The notes beneath the pieces were generated by a model, which did not search any database, was not told where the DNA came from, and worked only from the letters and a program-made list of their open reading frames with translations. A stretch of DNA of 64,000 nt from Bugula neritina (lineage: Eukaryota; Animalia; Bryozoa), in assembly GCA_964035545.1 (NCBI GenBank), contig OZ037765.1, positions 10,364,698 to 10,428,697 on the forward strand. The letters run 5' to 3'. This document shows, piece by piece, positions 13,101 through 25,533 of this stretch; position 1 is the first letter of the stretch, and every line of letters starts with the position of its first letter. A program made the position numbers and the translations under genes.

Positions 13101-14503
13101 GTAAAATTATATTTGATTTATAACAAGCGTAAATAATGCAAACAGTTGCGACCTGTTCATATACAACATATTCAGCAATAATTACAATTATAGACTATAG
13201 TTCCTCATAAATTAGTATTTATCATGTGCCAAAAAATAAAAGCAACAAACTAAAAATTGAAGAGGATCAAAAATTAAAGCTCTATAAGGTTCAACTAGAC
13301 TTTATGTGAATTTTCAAGTTCAAAGGTTACGCTTAAGCTTAAAGGCTCCCTGACACACTTCATTTATGTAGCATTAAAATATTCATATATATCTTAACTA
13401 TCATCTTTAGACTTTCAAAAGGTTTCATGCTCAAACAATCTTGTGTTATAATCAGTTTTGTGCAAACTTGTCTTGAATTAACTTGAGATTTCTGATGCTT
13501 GCTGACGTTCAGTCAACTCTGAACTTCGTGGTATTATAAAACTGTTAGCAATTATTACTGACTTTCATTGCATACTATCCTTAGCTGCTGCAACACACAT
13601 ACAAACCATTCAACTGGCTTGAAAGCTCAAACTCTTTCTAACACTCCCTAAATTCAAACCACTGACCTTATGTTTACTAGCCATGCTTGCAGTGCTTTAA
13701 CCCCTAGAGGAAAGCTGCTCCCAAATTGAAAAAGCTGTACATCCTTAAAATATTAGGGGTTTTTCTCACTTTGAAAAAATCTCTTAGTGGCTAAAATGTA
13801 TGAACTGTTTTTAAGCAATAAGTCTTCCTCAAGAAGTAGAATTAGTAATGAAAATAGTACGCTTAGCATGTTGACACTTTCTTGTAGGTAGTCGATCAGT
13901 GAGTTGGAAGGATAGAGAAGAGATGCACTATACTCAAGGGTTTATACATGAAGTGTTGAGATGTGGTGGAATCGCTGGGATGACATTGCCACACAAGTGT
14001 ACAGCTGACACTGTGATTGGTGGACATCTTATTCCAGAGGGTAGGGTGTTAGCTGTATCTTAATCTATGCAACAACATTGTATGTCTTATATGCTGAATT
14101 TTGCAGCTAGCTTATTCTGTATAAACATAAAAATAACATTATCATTGATCAAAAGACCTTGCACTTTAATGTTATAGGTTCAGTGGTATTTGGAAACCTC
14201 TACAGCACATTCTATGACGAAAGTGTCTTTCCAGATTCCTATTCCTTTAAACCGGAGAGATATTTAAATGAAGAAGGAAAGTTTGTTAAACCAACTGGAA
14301 AACAGATGTTACCATTTAGTATTGGTAAAAGGGGGTGTTTAGGGGAGGGTTTAGCTCGTACCGAAATATTTATGTTCCTTGTAAGCATTGTGCAGCACTT
14401 CCAGGCTAAGAGTGTGGGAGACAATAAGGCAGCTGAAGAAGGTGTTGATATATTCACACATTCGCCTAAACCTTTTAAGTTTGTACTTGAAAGTAGAGAA
14501 TAA
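10101..14503 (+). CDS. Cytochrome P450, CYP2-clan (copy A), ~493 aa; exons 10101-10296, 10541-10702, 11063-11173, 11732-11940, 12186-12369, 12917-13057, 13888-14040, 14178-14503
   Basis: N-terminal TM anchor, PPGPIPLPFIGN hinge, C-helix WKELRR, I-helix AGHDTSS, K-helix EVLR, PERY and heme motif FSIGKRGCLGE. All phases are consistent; intron 5 has a GC donor. Confidence 0.95.
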
Positions 14504-14813
14504 AAATCACAGCTATACCATACGCCCCAGATATACTGTGGTATAAAATTAAATATCATAAATGCATAACAAAATGTTAAATATCCATATAGTGGGAGGT
14601 TATCTGAGTTGTCATTCACTGCTGTGCCTGATTACTGCTTATAAGCTTAATTTAGACCATTTATGTTCTGTTCAATAATAAGAATTATTGTGATTTTAAT
14701 ACAATTTTTGCTTTGCGATAGTTTGGTAAAGTCTTATATTACTTATATAATAAACGTGAACCTATATTAAGACCGATATTTTAGTGACTTCAAAGAGAAC
14801 AACTGCACAAGCA

Positions 14814-15242
<429 letters not shown>

Positions 15243-15971
15243 CGTTATATACTCAGTAAAAAAGCAGTTGCTTTACCTCTTACATAAAATCCAAACCAAA
15301 AATAGAATTAGCGAAAGCTTGACAAGATCAGAACTTTTGCACATGATTGAATACATTTTTGGTCTGAATATAAATGGATGTAATTATTTGCATAAAGTTC
15401 GACAAAACTGAAGAAAACTTGTGAGGCCATCTCAAGACGGACATGAATATGAAACTAATGGAAGGCTGGTATTCCAAGGTCTCTTATTTACAATACCATC
15501 TTTTATTTCACAGACAGACAGCTTGTTATGTTGTAAAATTGAACAAATAGTTCACTTGAAACTTATGCCGCTTTGAAAAATATCTACTGTAGCTTAGCTT
15601 GCATCAACTACAACACTATCTCTCTTGGCGATGACTGGCAGTCAGGTTCTTAGTAGCAGAGCTTTGACTAATCCAGCATCACAGACACGCTTCAACCATT
15701 TTATTTGACTAATAATTCAGAGACAATGTTGATATGTGGACAGGCTCTAGGAATTTAATGTGATGTTCATATGAAATTCATACATAATAACTAATATATA
15801 TTAATATATTATAGTACACGTGCTGGATAATATATAATAGTATATATACAAGCAAAAAATTATGCCTTTATGCTGAAGCATATGGAGCATGTAAACTCAG
15901 TAAAATATGCTATAGAGAAATAACCGCTGACATAGTATAGAAATTAGGATTAAATGTGCAACAGACTGTTA

Positions 15972-16210
15972 CTAACTGAATGAATTGAAAAATGCAGTTT
16001 CAGCTAAAAGTTCTATACGGGTTAGCCTTTAGTGACCATTACAGCTGAAGAAAGTGCCTTAATTTATATGAAACACACTTGTACTTATAACTAGCTAGTT
16101 GATATAATATAGGACTGTAATATTTGATTCTATTCTATCCAATCAACTATTATTATCTTATCACTGTGTTGTATGGATATAAATAGCCTTGTAAGCCAGC
16201 TGTGGCATAC
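15972..16210 (+). promoter_or_regulatory. Duplicated CYP promoter block; 5' remnant of the third CYP copy
   Basis: Colinear with 9312-9548 (offset ~6660), including acacttgtacttataactagctagtt and TATAAATA at 16178-16185. Confidence 0.8.
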
Positions 16211-16217
16211 CCTATAC

Positions 16218-16545
16218 CAAGGCTGTCCAACAGGTGGCCCCAGGGCCGGATGTGGCCCCCAGCTTACATTTATGTGGCCCTCAAAGGCATAAAACTAAAA
16301 TTATTTTTCACAGGTATACACACGATTTAGAGTGAAAAACTACATTTTAAATGTCTTATTTATACCCATATTACAAAACTTGCAGTATCTATTGGTACTT
16401 TATTGTGTAATGCTTTATGAGAATTTGCAATAGATGAGTTGAAAATACTGATGCTGTGCCCCCCCCCCCCCCCAGTTCAATCTAAAGTTTCCAATGTGAC
16501 CTTCACCATGAAATATTCAGTAACCACTCTGGAAAGGTTGGCCTA
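16218..16545. mobile_element. hAT-like non-autonomous element, degenerate
   Basis: Left end caaggctgtccaac...ggccccagggccggatgtggcccc is typical of hAT MITE termini and matches the 21172 element. The right end is poorly preserved. Confidence 0.55.
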
Positions 16546-16979
16546 AACATTCAACTGGTGTTATAAATTATTATTCTTTATTAATGAAAGGGAGATGTTA
16601 TTAATGAAAGGGAGATGTCATAATATAATAGCTGTTTATGTTATAAGCTCCTCCCACTTGTATCTATCTATATAAATACAGTGTTTTATATAATTCATTC
16701 AACCTAATAAACTAGTAAATGGTTCACATCTTTATAAACTCCTACAAATTATCACAATTAATGACCACTATATATAAATAAGTCACAACAAAACAAACAA
16801 TTACTACAATGATCTAAATATATTAAGTAAGTAGAACAAAATATTCAAAAAATGTTCAATAATAAAGGATGACACAATGAGCGACACAATGATGCCTTAA
16901 TTGAACGTTTACTGAGTTTACAGATTGACAGTACAATATGTAAATCTTTCATGCAACTGTTTACTATATAAATTTCAAT

Positions 16980-19900
16980 ATGTTCTCGTTTATACTAATT
17001 TCTCTAATTCTCCTGCTGGCATTCACTCTCATGGCAGCCAAATTGTATCAGTAAGTAATATTTCTTCAATGAATATAATAATATTTATGGCAATTTTCTG
17101 TTATCTTCATCATTTGACACTTTTATGCGTATAATGTTTTTGCTTTGATTTGTTGAAATTTTGCTGCCTTTAAATTATGAAATATTTACATTTAATGTGG
17201 TGATTATTTGTTACAGCAAGTGGGAGGTAATTTTTTATGATTGCGTGGTACTTAGAGTCATTTTCAAAGAGTGTTTCTGTTTAAAATATAGAGCTGTGAG
17301 CAGCCAAGGTGGGAGTCAGAGGTAAGAAGAAGTTTCATAAATGCAGACATATTTCCTGTAAATCCAATAATATTGAGATGTTGGTAGTTTAATTATTAAA
17401 TTGGATGTTTAGGACATTGATCTTCATATTAAGTGTTATAATATTGTAGTACAGGCTAATGAAACATCAACTGTTCTTAAATATTATAATGTGTGCTTAT
17501 TGAATGTTTGGTAGCAGCAAAGACAAACAGGAGAAAGGCTTAAAGAAGGCAGAGGTTCTTTCAACTTATGCCCCTTTACACGCATGTGATATCCTACCAA
17601 ACAATGTAGGAAAACCAAGTGAAAATCATGGGCATAGAGAATTGGGTTCCTGTAAGACTACTCAAGCCAATACACAAATATGTGATAAGAATGCCAAAAC
17701 TAAGCGCTGGACATGGAATGACTGCGGGTGTAACGGTGCCTGCTGGCATGGGAAGTCAGCTGCCAATGTAACAGCATCTTCTCTCTCATTGGCCACAGAT
17801 CAGCTGATACAAGAAACTAACAGAAGTCAACCAAGAAGAGCAGCTCCTCTCTCCAATTCTCCAGCTACAGAGCCAATACAGTTGGAGGATTTCCTGAAAA
17901 AGTTCCAAGGAACTGGAACGCGGCCAAAAACTCATAAACTTTACCTTCGGCCAGAAATTATTATGCGTAAGTTCAAATAATTACTCACTTATTCTGTGTC
18001 GGTTTATTTTTAATTTATTAGATAGTCTAAACTGTAAATCTAGGATGTCGTTTTTATACTATCTTTAACACAAAATCTTGTCTCCAAATAGAAACATTTG
18101 CATTGCAATGTTACAGCAAACACTGATACTGAGCTGTACAAAACTCTCAAACCCACCACAAAACTATCCAGAAGTCAAATGAAAGGTTTGAACAAGAAGA
18201 GAAAACAATCCCCTCGAAATAGAATAAGCACATCAGCACCTCAAAATGCTGCACCCAGACAAGTGCTTCAGAAGCAAATGCAAAAGACATTCACTTCCGA
18301 TGATGGAATTGAATGGAAATCATTGCCACTTTTCTCCAAAGAATATATGAATAGAGAAATCACTGATTGTGAAGGTACAACATCCATTCCTTTTGTTAGA
18401 ACAGTACATACATTTTGTAAAGTAAGATTAACACTTTTGCTTTTATTGCAACAAAAATTTTCAAATTAACTTGCTGTTATTTCAATAGATGAGTTGAAGA
18501 AGGATATAGCGTCTCTCAAATGGGATATTAAGGAGTTGGGAGTCAAAAAGACAGAAGCTGATGATATTATCAAAAATTCTGTTGAACAAATCAGTGACAT
18601 ACCCCTAAAAGCGCAAGAGGCCAATCAAAGAGCATTCACTAAACCTCAAATTTTACCTGGTAGGATAATATTTCAATATTTATTATCTTACAATAAAATG
18701 AAAGCTAATAAAGTAATATTTTATACTCAACTACATTTTGTTTCTTTTACATATTTGTAGAGAAAGCAACAAACTTCAGCTGCTAGTGAATATCTTGCAA
18801 AACTTTTTACTTTTCAATATACTGTGTCACTTAGTCAAATATCAAATTGTTAATTCTTAAATGATTTGTACTTTGTTGCTTGAATAATTCAGCAGTCAAA
18901 TGAAAACATAGCCTTTGTGAAAGAATGAGTTCTAAGCACACTAATAACTTGTAATCAGTCACATTAATCAATATATATATAACCAAATCTTGTGTAATTG
19001 TGCCTTTTTATATAAAAAGTATAAGTGGAAACAACATTATTTCAATAGATGGAATACGAAACCAGTGTGTACCACAGTCTGGTGAACAAAAGGAAAAAGA
19101 GGTTAATGGAGAAAATAAACCTGTGAAACAGGATCTTAAACCAACTCAAGAAATTGATGATGGAAAACCCCCAACACTTTCTAACTTGTCTGGTAAATAT
19201 TAAAACTAGGAAATATCTACAAATTAGAAGCAAAATTTAAATCACTCAAGCTAGTTATCATTTGAGATAAATGTAATTTTAAAAGCTTTCAATTGTTTAG
19301 ATATGATATATAGGTAAATTATATATTAATTAAATCAATCAAAAATTTTGATTTGCATGTGTACATTTTTTTAACCCATATCAACTATTTTTATCCACAA
19401 AATTGGCAATACTAACTAATATTGTAAATCTATAATGGAAAGACAATTTTTTCTCATTACAAATAGCCAACGAATAACAAATATTATATTAGTCTTAAAC
19501 CATTATGTAGTGTTAAGCTGCAACACATTTGATATATTTTATAGAAGCTGGTGGAGACTCCATCAACCCCCCTCTCAATGCTCTCAGCCAATCAGTGAAG
19601 GAGACACGGCTCCCAGCTTGCGCCAAAACGTCTAGTGAAGTTCAGAATGGTAAGTATTCTTAAGTCAGCCAAATGGTTGTTGTAAGTGGCTATTATTATG
19701 TATGTTGAAGAGCACACCACAAATAAAACCAAAACAATCTTTACAAACCACACATCTAGTGTTTTAGAATGTCAAACAAATAGAAAAATTTCTTAAGACA
19801 GTGAGAAGTTGGTTTCTAATAAACAGGTTATAGTGAATTATAAAAAGATTAGTGAGGATCAGGATATCAAAACTTTAAAGAAAATCACTGTTATTTACTA

Positions 19901-20102
19901 TAGCATTGTGAAGCAGCCAATAGAATATAAGTAATAAAAATGAATGTAAATATTGCTATAATACATCAATCAGTATATAATATCAAAAGAAACACTATGA
20001 TATTTTGCAGAGCTTAGAGTAGTTCAAGAACCAGCTACACAGCAGAATCGAAGAAATAGAATCTTGAAGTTTTTCTGTTGCTGTGTTCAAGACAATGAAT
20101 GA
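16980..20102 (+). CDS. Orphan protein, ~440 aa; exons 16980-17050, 17292-17321, 17515-17966, 18117-18374, 18489-18659, 19049-19192, 19545-19649, 20011-20102
   Basis: Seven consecutive GT-AG introns have matching phases and no stop. N-terminus is hydrophobic (MFSFILISLILLLAFTLMAAKLY), the body is largely low-complexity/disordered with a short coiled-coil-like stretch, and the C-terminus is RRNRILKFFCCCVQDNE. No family recognised. Confidence 0.72.
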
Positions 20103-21171
20103 GGTTAGAGCTCAATATAAATACATTTTCTCAAAAACTTCAAAGCTGTTAATGTATTCATATATTTAGATTGTTATCTTTTATATCAGACTCTCACAAT
20201 AGCTATTAGTCATTTGTTCTGTTCATTTTCGCTTGTCTTCTCATTTCACATACTCAATGTATTCACTTTACACTATGTTTCTGTTTATTATCTAGACCTT
20301 CTACATGAACCATTCAACACTACAGCATATACTATCTGATGTGTAGATGGATTACTCAGTCAAGAAATGCTCATATAATTCCTATTCTCTGGATTTTTTT
20401 TTATTGAAATCCGCTTTGTCTCTCAAGTGCTCAGAGACCAGAGCATGCAAATTTACATGCCTTGTTGCTTACTTTATTGAACTTCATGTAACCTGCTCTA
20501 GTTGTTTGAATTTTTTTCTAAAAGAAACTATAAATTATTTTGCTGTTTTATTCGCTTAATCATTCATTCACTTAGTTAATATTGGTCATTATTTAGTAGA
20601 TATATATTAGTATAATATAAGGGAATGAATAATTACAGAGTATGATTATATGAGTTACTATAAAAACAATTTGAAATAACTCAAATGTCTACCTTGTGAG
20701 TTTTTCAGTTCAAAAAATCCTATCAAATAAAATTTATAAAACTTAATAAACTGGCACATAATTATTTATAATTATACTGCATTTGCTATACAAGCTGTTA
20801 TAAGAGTGCATAATTAAAAAACAATTCACTACAAATAAAAAATCTTAAACAATTATTACACAAACATAGGACATGCCTAATTGCAACACATGCATTCCCC
20901 TGTCTCTTTAAACAATCGAGTCAAACAGATCATAGTATCACAACCACACAACTCCTGCCCACATCACATCCTACATTCTTTACAAATTGTTTTTATCTAG
21001 AGCTGTCTACTCTCTGCATACTGTTGGTATAAATTGTTGGCTGGGTAATCATATTGGAAGCCATTTTACTAGAAAGAGTATAAATTAATTTGTAAATATA
21101 AGACATCATTATTTCTAATAAACACAATATAATTAACCTGAAGTTTTAGTTAAGTATAGCTACTATCTAAA

Positions 21172-21254
21172 GCAGGGCTGTCCAACAGGCAGCCACAGGG
21201 CCATGAAAAGATGCCATCTCAGTGGCCCTCACTCGGAAAAGGTTGATACCCCTG
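21172..21254. mobile_element. Miniature hAT-like MITE
   Basis: Imperfect TIRs CAGGGCTGTCCAAC ... GTTGATACCCCTG with GGCCC-like subterminal motifs. Confidence 0.65.
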
Positions 21255-21534
21255 ACCTAAGTCATTAGAAAGGCACATGAGTTCAAGGACTACAGCTTAT
21301 ACATATCATTGCATGGTTATTCAGCTAAATACTAAACAAGTGTCAAAGTGTCTGAAGTGTCCTTCACCTTCCAGTTCATCCTGAAGCAAGCTCAGACATT
21401 CTGTCATACTTTGGCTTCTTGGCTTGATGAGTTGCCTTTCTTGGCAGCCTAAAACATAATAAACCACGCACTCAAAACTCATGATATGTGAATGTCCAGC
21501 TATTTGCTACAAATTTTTTTAACTAAAGAGAAGA

Positions 21535-21740
21535 GGAGCAGCCATGGTCTAGGGGTTGGAGCACTGATAGGAAATACAAAGTCGGTGGTTCAAGCCTCAG
21601 TAAAGGTCATTGGTGATACTAGAAAGGGCATTCAGCTTCTTCAACATAATAGAAAATAAGTCTTTAGCTAGCTCAAACGAACTCGACTCCATTAGGGGTT
21701 CTCACCGGGATGGTGAGTATATAAATTCGAGTGGTGATTT
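21535..21740 (+). mobile_element. SINE family A copy (diverged)
   Basis: GGAGCAGCCATGGTCTAGGGGTTGGAGC...GGTTCAAGCC...AAAGGTCATTGGTGAT...GGGCATTCAG. Confidence 0.8.
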
Positions 21741-22149
21741 GACTAGATAAAAGGAGTAGTTACTTTTCAAACAGCTATAACTTCATAATAATTATAAAAA
21801 GGCTGTGATAAAATATTCCTGCAATATGCAAACACTGGTGCTGCGGTTTTGAAAGGCTTTAGCCATAACAAAAGTTCAAACACATTTCACAAAATTAACC
21901 CAAAAATTAAATGGAATTTTGCCAGTTGCATTTTGAATGATTTTTGAAATCGAAGTACAATAACTTACCATTCTCTGCTCACCACTGATTATTAAACTAG
22001 CCGGAAAATTTGCCAAGAGAAACTTGCGCTCCCTTCACCATGTAATGCTGCAGTAAATGATGTTATTTACTCACTTTAAGGCTAAAGTGTTTCCAACATT
22101 TGATTATAAATATCGCAAGATATTCTCCTGTGTATTTGAGCCTCAGTAG

Positions 22150-23950
22150 CTCGTAGAATCTTTCCAAATTTATATGTAAATGAATATAGTTATATCTATA
22201 TTATGTAGTCCCAGAAAGCTTTGTCACTGCATGGGTGCACCATTTGCTTCTGCTGAAAATGCATGATGTATATGGACACACTTCATTTATCCAGTTCCAC
22301 CACTAATTACCGTGTGTCACATTTCCACAGCATGCTAAAAACACTCTTGCTGCTGCTATTGTCTTGATACATCTACCTTATGCATCTCGTCTACTTTGGA
22401 AAATGGTTTATGCAGTTCTACTTCAATTTACACAGCGCTATATCCTGTTTAATTTATGTTCTAGCGGTTTTCCCGATATTCCACACCTTTATACTAGTTT
22501 TTTTTCACCTTTATTCATTTTAGACACTTGTAGATTGTTGTCAACATATGATATGCACTACAACTACAGATTGTTGTCAACAGATGGTGTACACACTACA
22601 CTATACCTGTATATTAATATCAACAAACTGTATACATAGTTGTGAGAATGTGTCTGTGTTATCTTTCAACACCTTGTCTTGTAGCTGAAGTTATGCCCCC
22701 CTACACTGCCACTGTCACTTACTCGTCTCTTAATTTGTATTCACGTGGAATGAATCCACGGGGTTTTGTGCGAAGTGCTGACAATAGTTCTGCACTGCCT
22801 CGTAAAAGTAATGTATACACTTTCATGGCAAGTGCAGTGCCATTGTTTTACTCTTATTTGTTAGTTTGAATTTTGTTCGTTTTTTAGTCGATGTGCTTCA
22901 TTGATTTTAATTCTAGAGTTATAAGTTTCATAGCAGATTCACAATGTTTCTATGGATAGTGCAGTTTGCAGCAACTAAGCAAAGGTTTTCCAAAATATAA
23001 AGCAATTGATATGTGATAATGTCACATTTTCTGACCTAAACTAGATCAATTACTGGAGCTAGATTGACTTATTCACTTTTAAAACTGTAACTATACTGAT
23101 CACCTAAAGAAACTGAAGCTGTAGGTACACAGTGATTTGCATGTTTCTAAACATACTCACAAGTTTGTTGTATATAACTTTTATCTATTTCTTACCTACT
23201 TTCCTGAGCTTTTTAAACCTTCATTATAGAGAGTGGAAGCATAACACGTCAAATCTGCTTGCAATTGTTTGCCCTCTTCAAATTTATCTGTTATTTTAAC
23301 TGCAAACATGTAGACTCAGCTCCCCCCCTCCCTCAACTGCAATGCTTGAGATTGACGGGGGTTGCTAGGTCAACTTCCTGTTATATTTTTCAGTTCACCT
23401 TGACCCTAATCTCAGACAAGTTTGAATCTGTTGTGTTTATTTGCATGTTCGCACTGCTGATCCCTTTTAGCTGCAGCTCACACTAGATTGCATGAACGGC
23501 TCATATTATCATTTGTAGAGTATTATCATCATCATAGCCATTGCACTCCTGGTTCCGATGCCTTGGGTGGAGGGGCGCCTCCCTACTCACCCGGCAATAT
23601 AATTCCCCCATCTCCTTTTAACTCTGATAGGGCTAACCACTCTTTACAAAATTATCACAAGCCATCAATGACTAGTTCACATGTACCTCAGCACATTGGT
23701 AAGGTTTCAGTCCAAGAATCCCCATCTAAGCGTCAGTTTTGTGATCTTCTACTGCCATTTATTTTAAGTTGGGTGCGTGCATTTTTGGTGACTGCTCATA
23801 AAGAAATAAGTAGATATAATTTTGCTGAGATGACAGCTGCTCTGTTCTTGCTCTTTCCGGTGGTGTGGGTCATTTTGAAAGTGGTTTAAATTACGTGTTG
23901 AGTTGAGTGTGTTTATGGAGATATTATTCATGAAAAATTTTGTATATTTC
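22150..23950 (-). mobile_element. Possible highly decayed retroelement
   Basis: Higher GC, intronless, strongly A-skewed on the minus strand, with broken frames. No diagnostic motif is securely readable. Confidence 0.3.
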
Positions 23951-24093
23951 TTCTAAAACTCAGTGTAGATTAGCCTGTTCATTTTTAACGCTCACTGTCT
24001 TTGTTTTACACAATACATGAAATTATTGGATGTTTTTAGTGAAGCCCCTGCCATCCTTTAAAATGACCAATCAGATGACCGGGTCAGTTTATC

Positions 24094-25533
24094 AGTTTTT
24101 CTGAAAGAGTTGACATATCGGAAGTAAGAAAAAATCATCAGGTATTGGCTTATAGATTAATCTTTATATTGAGTATTATAAAATTTACAAGCACTGCATG
24201 TATATAGAGTACATTGTAGGCTTACTGTATAGACATATAGTGTTTGGTATATTAGAACTGACAAGTTGTATATATATTTAAAATAGTTTTCGGTGTTCTT
24301 TAGCGTTTTGCTGTCAACTGCAGTTTAAAGAAACTGTTATACATCTACACTGTAGCCAACAGTAAAATGAGCAATTATTTTGGAGCCACATTGGACAGAT
24401 TTTCCGCATATGAATCCAAATCCGACAAAATTCGCTGCTTTAGACATAAACATAAACAAAATAAAAAAGCTTAACTGCTAAAAAGTAAAAATGTGAACTT
24501 GAAACTCAAAAAGTGTGCTCAATAAGTGATTATCAGCTAATTAGATCAGATTCAGCATTTTGATTAAAGGAATCCACCTGAAATTTGCACCCAACATGCA
24601 GCTCATCTTTGGTTCTCTGCATACAGTCAGTGTGAGCCCACCCTTAATATTTTTTACGCATGACTACAGAAAACAGCTGCTACTGTTATAGGTTTGGTAA
24701 ATGGTGACAATTGGAAGGAATTGAGAAGACAAGCATTAATTGTTCTCAAAGATCACGGGATGGGAAAAACAAGTATTGAAAGCAAAATTTTAGAAGAGAC
24801 AGGTGTGTATTGAAGTATTAATTGTATTAGTTAAATTTTATAATTATGTGTTTAGAAATTGAAGTTCGATAACTGATCTCCGAATAATCTAAAATATTAA
24901 TTCTATGTTTGAGGCAAAAAGTAAAAAAAATTGTGTGTAGCCAGTAGCTCTTATTTCAAAAGGCATCTTTCCTTGTTATATTCAATTACGAAATTATATT
25001 CTAATAACTAAACATTACTGCAGTGTTGAGTTTACCTAGTGGCCCCTGTGGTGTAATAGTAATGCACCTGCTTGCAAGCCGGAGATCTCGGTTCGAATCC
25101 CAGAGGGGGGGGCCCAAAAGTTTCATAATGAAATTACATCAAAATATAACTATTTGAATATAATATCATTGATTTTTCTAAAAATGTTTGCATATAGTAA
25201 TGATTGTTCAGCAGTTCAACCCTTTTGGTCTATAGCAGACATATAATTATGTTGTTCTAGAATCTAGCCTCTAGTCTACTAGGTCATGCTGCAGCAGAAT
25301 TACATAGTTGCGCCTATCTCACTGAAAATTCAATCATAACAGACAGAAATTATTTTGAAGACCATTGTTAGTAAAAATTTATGTCAATTTATTGAAGTAT
25401 TCTTAGCTGATTTTTAGTAGAGGTCTTTCATAGTAGAGTACCCGTGGAAGAAAATAAGGCCGCTGAAGAAGGCGTTAATATATTCACAAATTCATCGAAA
25501 CCTTTCAAGTCTATACTTGAAAGAAGAAAATAA
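24094..25533 (+). pseudogene. CYP2-clan pseudogene remnant (copy C)
   Basis: Contains the 3' end of exon 2 plus intron 2 (~24094-24690), an intact exon 3 (24692-24802) and intron 3. The exon-4 acceptor (~25430-25440) then joins directly to the last ~90 nt of exon 8 (ENKAAEEGVNIFTNSSKPFKSILERRK*). Confidence 0.88.
25024..25113 (+). repeat. tRNA-like (Ala-TGC-like anticodon loop) repeat/SINE head, family B
   Basis: GGCCCCTGTGGTGTAATAGT (A box), CTTGCAA loop and GGTTCGAATCC (B box); stems are imperfect. Absent from the homologous intron of CYP copy A. Confidence 0.65.

Noticed and set aside
14239-14619. Minus-strand ORF also present at 32874-33113
   Set aside because: Antisense shadow of the near-identical CYP exon 8.
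25041-25113. Functional tRNA-Ala gene
   Set aside because: D and anticodon stems are imperfect, the 3' end is a G run, and it is an insertion relative to the paralogous intron.
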